Origin: Podarcis vaucheri | Taxonomy: Eukaryota | DNA: 64,000 nucleotides | Assembly: GCA_965113315.1 (NCBI GenBank) | Contig: OZ220377.1 | Direction: 5' to 3' (one strand) | In this document: positions 51,087 through 64,000 of the stretch, piece by piece | Position numbering within the stretch: the first letter of the stretch is position 1 | Layout of the letters: every line of letters starts with the position of its first letter | Program-made: the position numbers and the translations under genes | The notes under the pieces: model-generated | The model's database searches: none | Told to the model about the DNA's origin: nothing | The model's input: only the letters and a program-made list of their open reading frames with translations

Positions 51087-52101
51087 TCTGGCACCACCTC
51101 TCCCTGCAGCCATTCCCTCTGCAATGGTCTTAGACTAACAACATGCTAAGGAAGTAGTGGAACTGTGCAATACTTTATCATATTGGTATTTTAAGGCTGC
51201 CAGTAAATCAAAACTCATTGAAAACTTAGTATCTGTTGCATTATACCAAACAACCTAAACACACCAAGGACAAATTCTCATAGTGTCTTACTATAAGGAT
51301 TATCACCTTCAACATTTTGGATATTAAAAGCTTCTCCCAGCTAAATGATTACAGCCATTTTATCCGTTGGAAGTCAGAAATCTTAAAACGGCAAGTAGGA
51401 CCCTTTCATAAGAGACTGCTGATTAAAGATTCATATTCTAATTCGCTATTGATTTTAGATAAAATTTTAATTTATACACTACTTAACCAGACAAAAATGG
51501 AGTTCAAAGTAGCTCACACAACACAAATTCAGTTCATTATTTGTACTTTCCTTTCAGCAGATGCATACATTACACACCTGATAAGTACCTTGTGTGCAAC
51601 AACAGCATCCTAAGGCAGCTGTTCTGCTTTAAAGAGGATGGGGGCAATTGGGACCCCTCCTGTTGCACATGCCAGGGGCTCTGATGACACACTAGTCACC
51701 TGTGACAGAGCAACACTTGCTGTTTGAGCAGAAAAAGCAGCTCAGCAAATCAAAGCTGAACATGTTAAAACTGGAGATGTGCATGTATGGGCCTTTCTAA
51801 TAAAAACCATATTCTCAAGGACAGAACTATTAAATGCATTGGACACCACAGATATCGCTGGAAAAGCTTCATTAGAAAGATGAGTGGAAAGACAGACACA
51901 GATACCATAATTATTTTGCTAAAAATAGGAGATGCTGCTTCTGGAGACAGGCTAAATCTGGAAGCACCTGAAAGGTAATCCCATCTGGCTGTGAAAACAT
52001 AACCCCTGGGAGAGACCTCGGAGGGGTGGGTGTGAGACGAGCAGATCTCTTCTTGAGACTTAAAAACAAAACAAAAAACCCCAACAAGACATGCATATGA
52101 G

Positions 52102-52233
52102 CAGGGGTGCCAACTTGAATGAAATAGGGGGCACAGGTAAGCACACACCATTTGAATGGCAATGCCCACCAACTTTGGGGGGCCCAGCCCCCTCAAATAT
52201 TTTACTGGGGTTGAGGGGACCTTGGCTCCTATG
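52102..52233. mobile_element. Short hAT MITE
   Basis: Perfect 8-bp TSD catatgag at 52094-52101 and 52234-52241; imperfect TIR caggggtgccaa / ttggctcctatg. Confidence 0.8.
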
Positions 52234-52914
52234 CATATGAGAACATATATCCTCACACACACACAAATATCTCAAGCACCACAGACTGAAAAATCTAAAA
52301 CAAACTGATTAACGAAGTTGCAGCAAAACACAAATCAAGGCTAAGGAAGGGGCAGAAGAGTAGAGAGCTCATTTCCAGGGTGCCACAGCTTTTAACTGTG
52401 TGTCTCAGTGATGGGCTAAAAGGCAGAAGGTTGCACCTCACAAAGCATTTTTGGTTGGTCTCTTTTAGTTACCGCAGCCTTCATTGTCTGTGCCTCATTT
52501 CCTTTACTATGGAACATAGACCTTTATGTAAATGTGCTTTTACACTGGGTACATTCCTTTATTTATTTTTTTCATTCCAGCAGTTTATCGAGGACCCAAT
52601 TATGCACTTCTAGACCTAGCACTGACTATTAAGTACCCTGTTTACGGCTCCCTTCTTTCCTGAAAGCTCTGCACATTTTGCTGCAGAAGCCCAACTCTGT
52701 GTTCACAGCAGGAATCTGTCAAGTCAAAAAACTCAACAGCCCCCACCTGCCTGTTAGCGATGGGCCTTATGTAGTCACTGAGTAAGATTTTCAAATAAAA
52801 AGGGGTCAGGTACGCATTGAAAACTGCATGGGGGAAGTTGATCGTTTTTCTCCCTCTCATAACACTAGCACTTGTGGTAATCGAATGAAGCTGATTGTTG
52901 GAAGATGCAGGGTA

Positions 52915-53085
52915 AATAAAAGGAAGTACTCATCAAGCAGCACATAGTTAAAACTATGAAATTCACTCCCCATAGGAGACAGTGGAACTCACCCCCCATA
53001 GGAGACAGTGATGGCCACCAACTTGGATGGCTTTACAAGAGGATCAGACAAATTCATGGAGAAAACGGCTATAATGGCTACTAGT
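52915..53085 (+). mobile_element. CR1-type LINE fragment with an internal duplication of ccccataggagacagtg
   Basis: gtgatggccaccaacttggatggcttt...agacaaattcatggag is typical of the CR1 ORF2 end. Confidence 0.7.
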
Positions 53086-54570
53086 TTCGATGACAACAAT
53101 GCAGCAAAATCCAAGATTACAAAGAATTTCCTAGAGCAGACATATTTAATTTTTTTCAATGTTCATCCCAAGCAATAGCTAAGGACATCAGAAGAGACCT
53201 ACAGTCCTTGATAGCTTCATTTCCCCGTTATAACACTGGAGGCAGTTGGGGGGCGATGTGTAACCCCAGTGGAAAAATTTGGACAACCCCAAAGTTGTTG
53301 AGCTTTTTAAGGAAAACCCAAAAGCTTTATTAAGACATCTTGGGAAGGTGTTATGGTGCGCTTACTATCAAGAAGGAGTGGGTGGGATCAGTAAGGCATG
53401 GGAGCTTCCTGCTCTTAGAAGCCAAGTGCAATAGATACATTCGACATGACAGCTTAATTTTCCAAGGCACTTCCGTGTTTCAGCCTCACTCCCTGTACAC
53501 AGCTGAGGAATCACCACCACCGATGTAGCAATTGCACTGAGCACAACGACTGGCGTGTAGTTGGTACCAGGCTACCCAGTACATCAAAGCCAAGCAAATT
53601 CTCAAATCAAAGGAACCAAGATTAAATTTATACTTTGCTGGCAGCAGGCAGGCACTGAGGAAGTACGTGCAAAATATTTGAGGGAAAACTTATCACAAGA
53701 CATTGCCTAAAACAGAGTAAAAAAGGTAGCTCCATCTGATTGCACTTGTTTTCAGAGCCCAACTTCTACTTACTCTATTTAAATCAGCAGGTGATGCTTT
53801 GATAGTCCAAAAGCAGAGAACAAAATAAATTCTTCCATTCAGTTACCCAGTGAGCTAGGTAATATTTTACTGTCAGAAGCTCTGAATTCCCCCCTCCTAC
53901 ACCTTTTAATGAACTGAAGCCAGTGTGTCAGCAGCAATATCTAGGTTAGAGTATTAAACAATGCAGAAATGGGGGGCGGGGCGGGGGAAAAGAAGCACAG
54001 CTCTGCATTCTACGTTCTGCATACTGCCGCTTCTGCTTCTCTCGCTCCAGTGTAGCTTTTGAGCCAGCTCAAAGACACCAAGTGCAATCTTTCACTTGCC
54101 CATGGCATGAAATAAAAAAAAAAAGTACAAACAACTAGGAGTTAAGGAGGAAAAAGGTAAGCAGAGTGATGACTATATTGGGACAGGTGAGAGATGGAAA
54201 GTAGATAAAGGGTCCCTCCAACAAAGTAAGGCAACACTTGGCTGAAAACACCATCTATCTATGCATCCATTCCTGTGCCTATATAAAGGAGGAAACTATG
54301 CCTCCACTAATTTCTTCTCAAAGGTGCCCTCTAATTTCCTCCTTCCATGAAGCAAATGGCAGCTTTGCTCTTTAAAAAGTTATTTTAAATCAGGAACACA
54401 ATGCAGAGGGAAAGGTTAAAAAGCCTACTCTCCAACTGCCATAGCCCTAATCCTATTCCCCACACTCCCAGGCGTGGAACCTCTGTGATTACGGGCTCTC
54501 GCCCTTTGTCTAGCTTTGTTTTAGGATTACACAGGAAAGCATTTGAGTCCTTGTTGGTGTTTGCCTTGCA

Positions 54571-55112
54571 CAGGGGTCAGCAAACTAAGGTCTGCGGGAG
54601 GGATCAGGCCCAACTGCCTTCAGGATCTGGCCCGTGGACTGTCTGTGGATCGGCGTGGGGATTCTGTTTGTTTGGGTTGCGCCATTTTTTTCTGCGCCAT
54701 TTCCACCCCCTCTCCCTTACACACATCGCAGCTGCACCTCCTCCCTCCCTCCTCCTGGCTTCTCCCCGCCCTGCCTATAGAAGGAAGGGGGCTGGGCTGA
54801 GCGCCATTTTAAGCAGCCCCTCTCCGGAGCCAGCCCTTTTGCGCTGCTCATCTTCCCTCCGCCGGCGTCACCACCGCCCTGGTGCTCCTGTCTGCCTCTC
54901 CATGAGAAGCAGCAGCAGCAGCGGTGGTGGTGGCAGCCCCTGGGAAAGTAAGCGCAGCAGCTGGGGCTGGGGCTGGGGGCTGGGGAGGAGGAGTACTTGC
55001 CCCCCTCGCCTCTTCTTCCATTCCCCCCCCCCCGGTGCCGCTACTCCAGCCCGTCACAAGGTCTGAGGGACAGTGCACCAGCCCGCGGCTAAAAAGTTTT
55101 TGCTGACCCCTG
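54571..55112. mobile_element. hAT (Charlie-like) non-autonomous element with a GC-rich interior
   Basis: Perfect 14-bp TIR caggggtcagcaaa / tttgctgacccctg; TSD gccttgca / gtcttgca (7 of 8 match). Confidence 0.88.
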
Positions 55113-55915
55113 GTCTTGCAGCACCTACTACATTTTTTTCAGTTAAAGATACTGTTAAGCACCGACAGCACTGGAAACACAACATTGGCAAATGAAATAA
55201 ATTAAACAAAATGAATGCACCCTCTTCAGCTATATGAGGGCGGGGAACCCTCCCTCCTCAAATATTGAGGACTGGTTTGAGCCAAATGGCCTGAAGTCAT
55301 CAAGAAGAGACAGAACTCAACCTGCCCACTAATGAATGCCCTGGTATGTTTTTGGAACCTGTTTCACACTTGTGGGATTTCCTTCACTTGGAGACTTGCC
55401 AAAAGCTAAGAACATTTTCGGAAACAGAAGACTGTATCATTTCAGTTGACTTCTACATGTCAACAAGGAAAACATTTTAATGACTCATATTTTATACATT
55501 AAGTGCAAATGTTTGGTCAACCAGAACAAACCTGTAAGAAACCTGTGGCTTAAAAAAAATAAAAATAAACATCATGTAACGTTTAAGCAGAACACCAGTT
55601 TTAATTCTACACTTGATTTAGGCTAATCTCTCTTAGATCAACCAAGCCAAAGTACTATGGAGACTGAAATGTACAGAAAGACTTTGCAAAGGCACCCAAA
55701 CTACTGTGAGCAGATATTAATCTGCATGCCATCAATATTCCAGGCCATGGACGTCTAGAGCTAATAAAAAGAAGTACTCTACACAAAGCTTCTATTAATT
55801 GATGGAATTCGCTGTCACGGGATTTTGTGTGGTTTAATAGTATAACTGTTAAACAAAACAAAATACTTCACAAATTTATGGAAGAGAGGTTTGCTGAAGC
55901 CTATTAGTTAAGATA

Positions 55916-56057
55916 AGGTAAAGGTAAAGGTACCCCTGCCCGAACGGGCCAGTCTTGACAGACTGTGGGGTTTGTGCGCCCATCTCACATGTATTGGCCG
56001 GGGGCCAGCGCTGTCCGGGGACACTTCCGGGTCACGTGGCCAGCGTGACATCGCTGC
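55916..56057 (-). mobile_element. Sauria SINE, 5'-truncated, young subfamily
   Basis: One substitution relative to the 31016 copy over about 140 bp; 12-bp TSD ttagttaagata at 55904-55915 and 56063-56074. Confidence 0.93.
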
Positions 56058-58959
56058 GTATCTTAGTTAAGATACTACCTGCATAATTGGAGTCAGTATG
56101 CTCTTGAATGCCAGTTGCTGGAAACCACAGAAGAAAGGCCCTGACTGTAGGCTTCTCACTGGGGAAACTGGGTGGTCACTGTGAGAACAGGATGCTAGAC
56201 TAGATGGGCCACAGATATGACCCAGGAGGCCTCTTAATGCAATGGAAGCCAGCACTCGTAATCACCCAGAATTTTCTAAAATGTCCTATCTCTGTAGCCA
56301 ACTCAACAACAATAATTCATTTATATATTGCTTATATGCCAGAATGGCATCAGAGCATTTTTCAACTTTAAAACCAATCCTTAATTAAAATGCACGATTA
56401 AAAGGAGCTATTAAAAAGTTTAACAATTAAAACAGTTAATAAAACTGCAAGTTTGGTTCAGTGGAATGCTTGCCTAAATGGGTGTGTCTTCAGGAGCTGG
56501 TGGAATGCCAGGAAAAATGGGACCTCTTTTATTTCAGCAGGGGGAGCATTCCACAGCACTGAAGTCCCCAGTGAAAAGGCCAATGATTATCAGGCTGCGG
56601 CAAAACTAACCAGGTTCCATAGTACTCTCACAAATGTAGGGCTGCGTAGAACCTAAAAAGAAAATCACATTTGTTTTGGGAAGCAGCACAGAACTGATAA
56701 CCGGATGGCAGGGTCCAAAGACGGAAATCACTATTATCTGCCTAGTTTGTGAACTTGGGGGGTGGGGTGGGGGGGGAGAACTAGCTGGTCAGTGTTAGAA
56801 TGCTGAACCAGACCGACCTTTGGTCTGATCCACTACAGCAATACCTATGCTCTTATTGTTCACGAATAGAGAGGAAATAATTTATTCAATATAAGGCTGC
56901 AGAACCCATAGACACATTCTTGAGCAGAGCAAGCACTATCAAATTAAAAATACTGACTACTGCAGAAGGAAAATGTCTGCTGGAAACATATTCCATATTT
57001 TTTTCATAAACACGGCGCTCCCGACAAATTAAAGTCATTAAGATTTGATTTCCATCTCAGCAATTATCAGCATATTCTTTTTAACATTTACTTTAAGACA
57101 ATCCTATCTTTCAATTCATTAAGCTCATTCTCCCATTTACGAAGTTCTATATCAAATCAAAATCCTATTTGAATTAATAAGAATTATGGGGAAAAGTAAT
57201 TTAGAAATAAATGATCTGAGGTTCAAACCACTGAAGCTTTTGATTATGAAATACTGTACGGTTAAAACTAACCAAAGGATTTCTGCAGGACCCTCGCAAT
57301 GAAAGATGTGGATCACCAATGCGATGGCATATGTCAGGATGCAGGAGGGGTCTTCAGGTCCTCAAGCGCATTAATGGTGTTCTCATTTAGCCCACAAAGG
57401 CAGAGCATTCTACCTTCATAGGTACACTGGGACACTGAATAGGAATTAAAAAGCCTTGCTTGCTTTCATGGAATCTGTTGTTCCCAGCCTGCACTCTAAG
57501 TATCAAATTAAAACCCGCAGCCACTTCGTCAGAATTAAAAATGATTAAATTGTATTAGACAGATCTGAACCAGACAGTCAACATTATAGCCAGCAGCACT
57601 CTCTTATGGGTGCTACTTGCTAAAGGAAAAAATCAGCATTATTAAACAGACAATGTAATCATGGTAAATAATATTGTCAACTGGGCTACATTTTCATTTA
57701 ACTCTGTTAACATTTCACTTTACTGCAATATAGAGAAACCATACCTAACAGAAAATTGAGTTTCATATCCTGAAGACTAGGTGTCAGGCACTGAGGGCTA
57801 GGGACTAGGATATGAGTAGACAGGCCACAAGAACCCTGCCCTTTTCACCACTTGCTTTGGGACCTGTAGCTAGTGGTGCAGTGAAGGAAGAGGAAGAGGG
57901 AGCTCTGGAATTCCTATTGTTTGTGACAGATTAGGAGAGAGAGGATGCCAGAGTATGAGAAAAATAGCTTAGGAAAGACTAGATACTCCCCCTTCTTTTC
58001 TTTGGTGGTGGGGGCCCTACTTCAAATGGTAACCCTCCTTTCGCAGGATTGTTGGGCGTTTTAAAGGGGGAGATTGCATATCTGCTTACTGAAGATCTTT
58101 TGTTAAAGCTCAATCTGTTTTACAACTTGAATTTGTTCTGTGAATATTATACTCTTCTTTTGTCAGGTGAGCCTAATAACCTGGGTTTCATGCATGGTAC
58201 TGCTGCTCTGTAAGAGGGGTACTGCATGTTTGCTGTATATAGATCAACACAGCTGTTTGGATTTTGGGGCTCACCTTAGAGGAATGGCTAAGGTGGACAT
58301 CATAATGAGCTCCTGCACTTCAGAATTTACCTACCTGCAGCAAATAAATTCTCAAGTAAATATTTGCTGGATCAGAGGAAACTCAAGGGAGCTGAAGTCT
58401 AAAGGTAATTCCCAACACTTCATAGTTCCCAGATGCAGACTTGGCCTGCAGGTAAAATAGCTGGAACTGAGTGGATTCAGACAATGACACACAATAGCAT
58501 TTCTAGCCATACTATGAACAATAATTCCACACAGCAGACTGCTTGGCATGAATTTTACCCACCCTTCTTTCTTAAAACCACAACCCCCAATCTTCTACTG
58601 ACTCTTGTTAGTCCTCTATCCTCTCCCACTAGCAGACTAACACTTCTGTACCATAAGGAAACATGCAAAGTCTTCTGCCCAAATCAGTGTCTTTGATGTA
58701 GTATTTAGGGTCTGTATTTGCTAAGCACATCAAAAGCATTCACAGGAGAAGATTTCACACATCCAGTTAAGGGTATGGGAGCAATTAGGGGGAAGAGCTG
58801 GCAATAAACATGTAAAATCAGTGTGTCAGAAAGAGTCTAATTAACCAACACAGAATTCTGTACCAGCATTTTCTAGGTTCTGCTATCCAGCTTGGTAAAC
58901 CATTTTGATTGTCAGCTAAAGGTTTCTCTCAACTCTTGCCTCTCAGCCTAATGATTCAG

Positions 58960-59100
58960 GAACAGAAGAGCCTGCCTTATACTGAATGATACCATTGGGT
59001 CACCTAGCTCCATATCGTCTACACTGACCACCAGCAGCTCGCCAGAGATCCAGAGCACTGGGACTTTTTGCATACAAAGAAGGAGCTGTAACATTGAACC
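58960..59100 (-). mobile_element. Degraded tRNA-derived SINE with a CR1-like tail (same family as 32944)
   Basis: ctgccttatactgaat...accattgg...cctagctc...tgtctacactgac-like segment. Confidence 0.6.
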
Positions 59101-60879
59101 AAAGCCTTTTAGATGGGCTTTAGTCCATACCTGCAACATCTAACCTGACCTAGAGAGTAAATGTGGGCAAAAAAGGAAGAGAAGAAATGGGAACATGAAA
59201 TGTCTTGGTTTCTCTAGAGAATTATAACAAACTTGTAAGAGAAGCAAATTTGGGGAGAGAACTGAAATGTTTCTGATTGATATTCATGATGCACAGATTT
59301 TTCCTCAATTAAAGTTAATTACCCACAAATGGAACACATAATAATCTGTGTGCTTTCTTCTTTTTTATTATTAATCTGCTATTGTGATGTTTAATGTTAA
59401 GTTAGAATCCTATCTTGCAAGCTTAGATATCCACTATATAGGCTTTCTGATTAGTTTTAAATTCCAAAAGCTTTTTAACTATGCAGTTTAAATATGTAAG
59501 CCACATAATAGACCATAATGGCTCCTTTGGAATCATTAGAACACATAGTAAATACGATGCAGCATGACAATAGTTTAAATACACACTCAGATGATAGCTT
59601 TGTAACAAGTGGATACTTTGCATTCTATCTGCTAAATGGGCACTTACATATAGATCATAATAATATCTCCTTGACAACAGTTAAGGTCTATTGTCTCAAT
59701 TTATTGTCTCAGGAATCTTCTTGGTTGGGTATGGTGCTCAAAACAATGGGACAAAATAATACAAAATAAGTGATGTTAAAATAAACTCAGGAAGCTGCCA
59801 AATCTTGGAGAACACAGCACTGAGTGGATGAAATACCACTCCTTATTTTTGTCTATAATACACACAAAATGCTGGGGGGGGGGGACCAATGAGAGAGTCT
59901 CCTCTCAACACTTCTTAGGGCCTCCTACAACTTTTTATTTCAGTGGCAAATGCTGATGCTTGATGCTTCTTCAGTTGCTCATAATGAAAGTGAAATTTAA
60001 CATGGTTTTTTTTCTAAATTTCCCTTTACAGTAGCATCACCATAGCTGAACCATCCTAGCTAACGCACCAACAAGGGGGTTTCAAAAGCATTTGGCTCCA
60101 TCAATGGGGAAAATAATTTATATATGTCTGCCCAGCAAGTTATGGCACATCTGACTGGTATGGAGAGTTTACACTGATACAGTCTGCTTCAAATCAACCA
60201 TGACCCAAAATTCATAGTTTAGATTAAAATCTAAACCAGTTTAAGATAATCAGAGTGACAGGAAATAAAGGATTTTGTTATTATGCTTATGTGTTGCCCA
60301 AGAAGCTCAGAGAATATGAGAGCTCCAAGCAATCCCTCATTAGTTTGGGAAGGGTCAAGACAGCAACAACAACGACTACTATTACTATGGTTAAATTTAT
60401 TACCTGCCCTGCACCAGAAGGTTCCAGGGTGGATTGTAACAATATAAAAGATAGCAATAAAAACAGTTTAAAACAAATTAAAATCACAACTGCTTAGCTT
60501 TAGAGAACAATCTACTTTCAGACCATTCGCAACATCAAATTCTAGAAACCAGAATGATATCTTATCAAAAGTAGAACAGAGCTGTTTATCTATTCACCTC
60601 TGTTTTACATACAGAAGGTATGTAAAGACTCGGTCCTTGGCATAGACACAAAGGATCTTAGACATAGCTAAGAGAGATAGTCTTAAGATTTTGGATTCCT
60701 ACCATCAATCAATAGCTGGCAATGCAGGCTGCACTCATGGCCCTGCCTCAATGCAAGACAAATGCACGACTTCTTTCCAATGTTTCTTTAAAAATGAGAA
60801 CAATGGGTCCTCGAATACCTATTTGTTCAGCATAAACTCCGTACTATGGGAGCTGTTTTAAAGGGAAACAGTTTCCCTG

Positions 60880-61412
60880 ATATGCAATGTACCTGGGTTT
60901 GCCTCCGAAGGCTTTGCAGTCTACAGCTGGTTCCAAATACAGCTGGGTTACTGACTGTGACCAGGTGTACGAAACATATGCTCCCAGGAAGCACTGGCTA
61001 CTAGTTATTTTCTGGGTAAAATTCAAAGTGCTGGACTTCACCTTTAAATCTCAACATGGCTTGGGACTCATGTAACTTAAAGGCAACATTCTCCCCCATG
61101 ATCATGCCTAGAAGTTAAGAATGAGACCCCGTGCATTCAGAGGTGAGGAGGTCAGCAACCTGAGCCAGGTGATGTCCTCCCCAAAGAGAATCACTGGCAC
61201 TCCATCTGATGTCTTTTCAGCACTGGGCAACTGTTTATCTGCCCTGGCCTCTCTCTTTTTTTGATCTTCTGGTTTTAGGTTTGTTGCTCCTTTCATGTCA
61301 TGTTATGCTCTTCTGCTGTTTTAGTATATTGTTTTATTGTGTTTTAATGGCTACTAGCTGCTCTGAAAGCCCTTGGGCCAAAGACTGGGGTACACATATG
61401 CTAAATAAATAA
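60880..61412 (+). mobile_element. Degraded L2 LINE 3' portion
   Basis: ORF 60887..61075 contains HWLLVIFWVKFKVLDFTFKSQHGLG (compare the L2 motif LHWLP...FKVL...KALHGLG) and ends in an AATAAATAA tail. Confidence 0.7.
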
Positions 61413-62643
61413 GTCTATTTTGCTCCTGTGCCTTACATGCCAGCACACCCTGGGAAGATGGAATTTATTTGGCAGATGGTTCATGTATTTAAGTCTATTT
61501 TATGCAATTTTACTGAGAGACGTTTCAGTTTCAGCAGTAAAAAGAAGATATTTTTAGAGCCAAGAAAAATGGCAAAGACATGTTTAGATGCTTAATTAGT
61601 CCATCAAATGCTGAATTGTGAGGTATCGAACACTTCAGAAGTATCCGTTTTATGTACTTTGAGCTGCAAGAATCCCATTCTAATCTAATCCCATTAGCTT
61701 CAGAAGAGAAGCCCTATGTATTCCAAAGCACTATTTGGTAAAACGATGCAGTTTATATTCCAGAAGCTCTAATCACTAAATGAAATAAATTAATGTAAAT
61801 TACTGTCAAATGCAGTATAGCTGCTAGGTTTTAAAAGGCCTGTGCACTTATCTTGCTTGGCATATTATGACTGAGATGGGTTGCGAACTTAAATAGTTGG
61901 AGAAACTAAAGGTTTTGTTTATATAGCAGAACTAAAAATAGAGCCTCAAGTGATTTACAACCCTTCTTTATTGGCTGCTGGGAGACCAATGGCTTTTGAT
62001 GCACCTGAACTGATCCTCAAACTCCATGGCTCCCGTTTCTCTTGAATAGCTCTGCAGGCTCTCAAATCATGGGATAAATCAATGGCAAGTTTGAGGGTAG
62101 CTTGCAAAGCTATTACCAGTGGGTAATGTGACAATGCACTGCTGGGGAGACTTCATGTAGCAAATGCGTTTACCTATTCATATATTGTTTTATATAATGC
62201 CTTTATTCAAAATCAGAATTATAGGCAAGGCTATATAAAGTTAGAGGTGTGGAAAATCTTCGACCACCAAAATGTCCACAGGGTAATGAGATCAGAAGGA
62301 AAGTAGGCGTTACGTGAACCACCTCAGTACTACTTTTTCTATGCATGGTTTCAATGTTTTGTATTGCCTTCCTCTCCTACCATCCCCAAATACTGCAGAA
62401 ACAGAAAAGAAGGATACACATCTGCAATTGCGGTATGTTGTTGTTGTTGTTGTTGAAATATGATTCAATGAGACAGGCTTTTATAAAATACAGGAAGTGT
62501 TGAAGCAATTGCAAAAGTTTTGTTTTCTAAGTTTTATGAGAGGTTACAGCAGTTAAAGACACTGGACTTAACAATTAAGAGTAGTGATAGCAATTGTGGG
62601 AGGGGAGCTACCTCAGGATGACTGAGGAGAAGATTTCTTAGGC

Positions 62644-63162
62644 CAGAGGTTTTCAACCTTTTTGGGTCCACGACTCCCCTGACCAACTACATTCTTTCAG
62701 TGGCACCCCTGTGGAGCTCAGGAGCCCAGTTATGTCACCCCTTGCCTGCAGAGCTGGCAGCCTCTCAACGTTATTCAAACACCCTCCCTTGTGGAGTGTT
62801 CCCTCAGCCTCCTCTCCTCTCCTGTCCCCTCTCCTTGAGAGTCCTCTGGGCAGCCGCAGCTGCCATCCCTGGTCTCAGAGCTGCTCCCCTCCACCCCAAA
62901 GAGAGGTGCCTCCTCACACTGCTCCATAGGGGCTTGGGAAGCCCCCCCCCCAGCCAGACCTAGAGGCACCATTCACCTGGGGAGCTTGTAGCCAGGCCTG
63001 CTGCACCAAACAGCTGTGCAAGCCCTTAGGAGGCAGAGACGTGAGAAGGCATCAGAGGAGGGAAGGAAAGGAAGAAGGACAAAGGCCAATATTGCACGTG
63101 GCACCCCTGACCATCATTCAAGGCACCCCAGGGTGACACAGCACACTGGTTGAAAACCACTG
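62644..63162. mobile_element. hAT (Charlie-like) non-autonomous element
   Basis: 15-bp TIR cagaggttttcaacc / ggttgaaaaccactg; perfect 8-bp TSD tcttaggc at 62636-62643 and 63163-63170. Confidence 0.9.
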
Positions 63163-64000
63163 TCTTAGGCACTCATCATCCACCATTACTGAAAGCAATG
63201 TAACCTTTCTTGCTTTCAGTTCCTCTTCTAACCAAACGTTCCTCCTTCCCAATACAATTATAAAACAAAGAAATACCTTTGAGGTTTTTGATGCTCTGGC
63301 AAAATGCAGATATACCACTCACACTCACCCATGATAAAAGAAAGGGAAAACAACTCCTGGAAATTATCGAATCCCAGCTCATAAATCAATCACTTCTTCT
63401 CCTTGTAACAGAGAGGAATCCATATTTCTGTGTGTATGAAGACGTATTTTTACATTAAACATTTCAGCCCTTCGGGTCAAACTGAATGACCTGTTGCTTA
63501 CACTAATAGGACTCTATGCAATGAAAATAACGTCTTACCCCAAAATCGAACGTCAGTGTTAGAAGAAAGCAACAAAACCTGGCTACACAACCCTTTCTTG
63601 GAGATCTCACATTTGACCTTAGATGGGCAGCAATAAGAAAGAAAAAGCATGTGTCTCTCAAAGGAGTGTTCTTTCATTGTGCATGATAGCTTTTCATATA
63701 CACACGCAGTAGCCAATGATTATGTGCCAATTTGCTTATTGTGGTTGGGAAGAAAATCCACAACAGTTAGTACTGATCACTAATGGGATCAGAATGACAG
63801 TAATTTTACTACTAAGTTATAAGCTCTATTTAGTCCTCTAAGTATTCACACACAACCAGTGAAAAGCTACTTCAAGTTCAAGTTTCCACTACTTTCTTTC
63901 CCCAAATATTCATGCATATGTTCATATGTTAAAACTAGAGGCTCTAACTTTTTAAACCTCCCCTGAATCTTTGTAATCCCATGGTCTCTGTGGTGCCAAA

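Noticed and set aside
54401-55066. 221-aa plus-strand ORF (longest in the window)
   Set aside because: It runs through a GC-rich hAT element, is low complexity, and has no transposase or other domain motif. Stop-codon scarcity is explained by GC content.
1-64000. CRISPR arrays, operons or a novel multi-gene system
   Set aside because: This is eukaryotic intronic DNA. The recurring sequences are dispersed TEs and microsatellites, and there is no repeat-spacer array or second protein-coding gene.

Overview
This is vertebrate DNA, most likely from a lacertid lizard, judged from five Sauria/POM-type SINEs with (ACCTTT)n tails. The whole 64 kb lies inside the minus-strand cell-adhesion gene CADM1 (SynCAM1/Necl-2/TSLC1/IGSF4A). 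I reconstructed eight coding exons with canonical AG/GT ends that splice in frame (966 nt, 322 codons). Exons 2-7 encode the three Ig domains, followed by the Thr-rich cassette exon 8 and the 33-nt microexon 9. Exon 1 lies off the right edge, and the transmembrane/cytoplasmic exons lie off the left edge. The rest is intron: Sauria SINEs, L2/CR1/L1 fragments, hAT and Tc1/mariner-type MITEs with visible target-site duplications (TSDs), microsatellites and one 128-N gap. Nearly all ORFs in the supplied track are spurious. I found no novel multi-gene system. The best leads are: a wild-type Ser at the position of the human Y251S autism-associated variant, a conserved intron-7 read-through stop (secreted isoform), loss of an Ig1 N-glycosylation sequon, and a very young SINE subfamily. 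Comparisons with human CADM1 and repeat-family names come from memory and need confirming by alignment.
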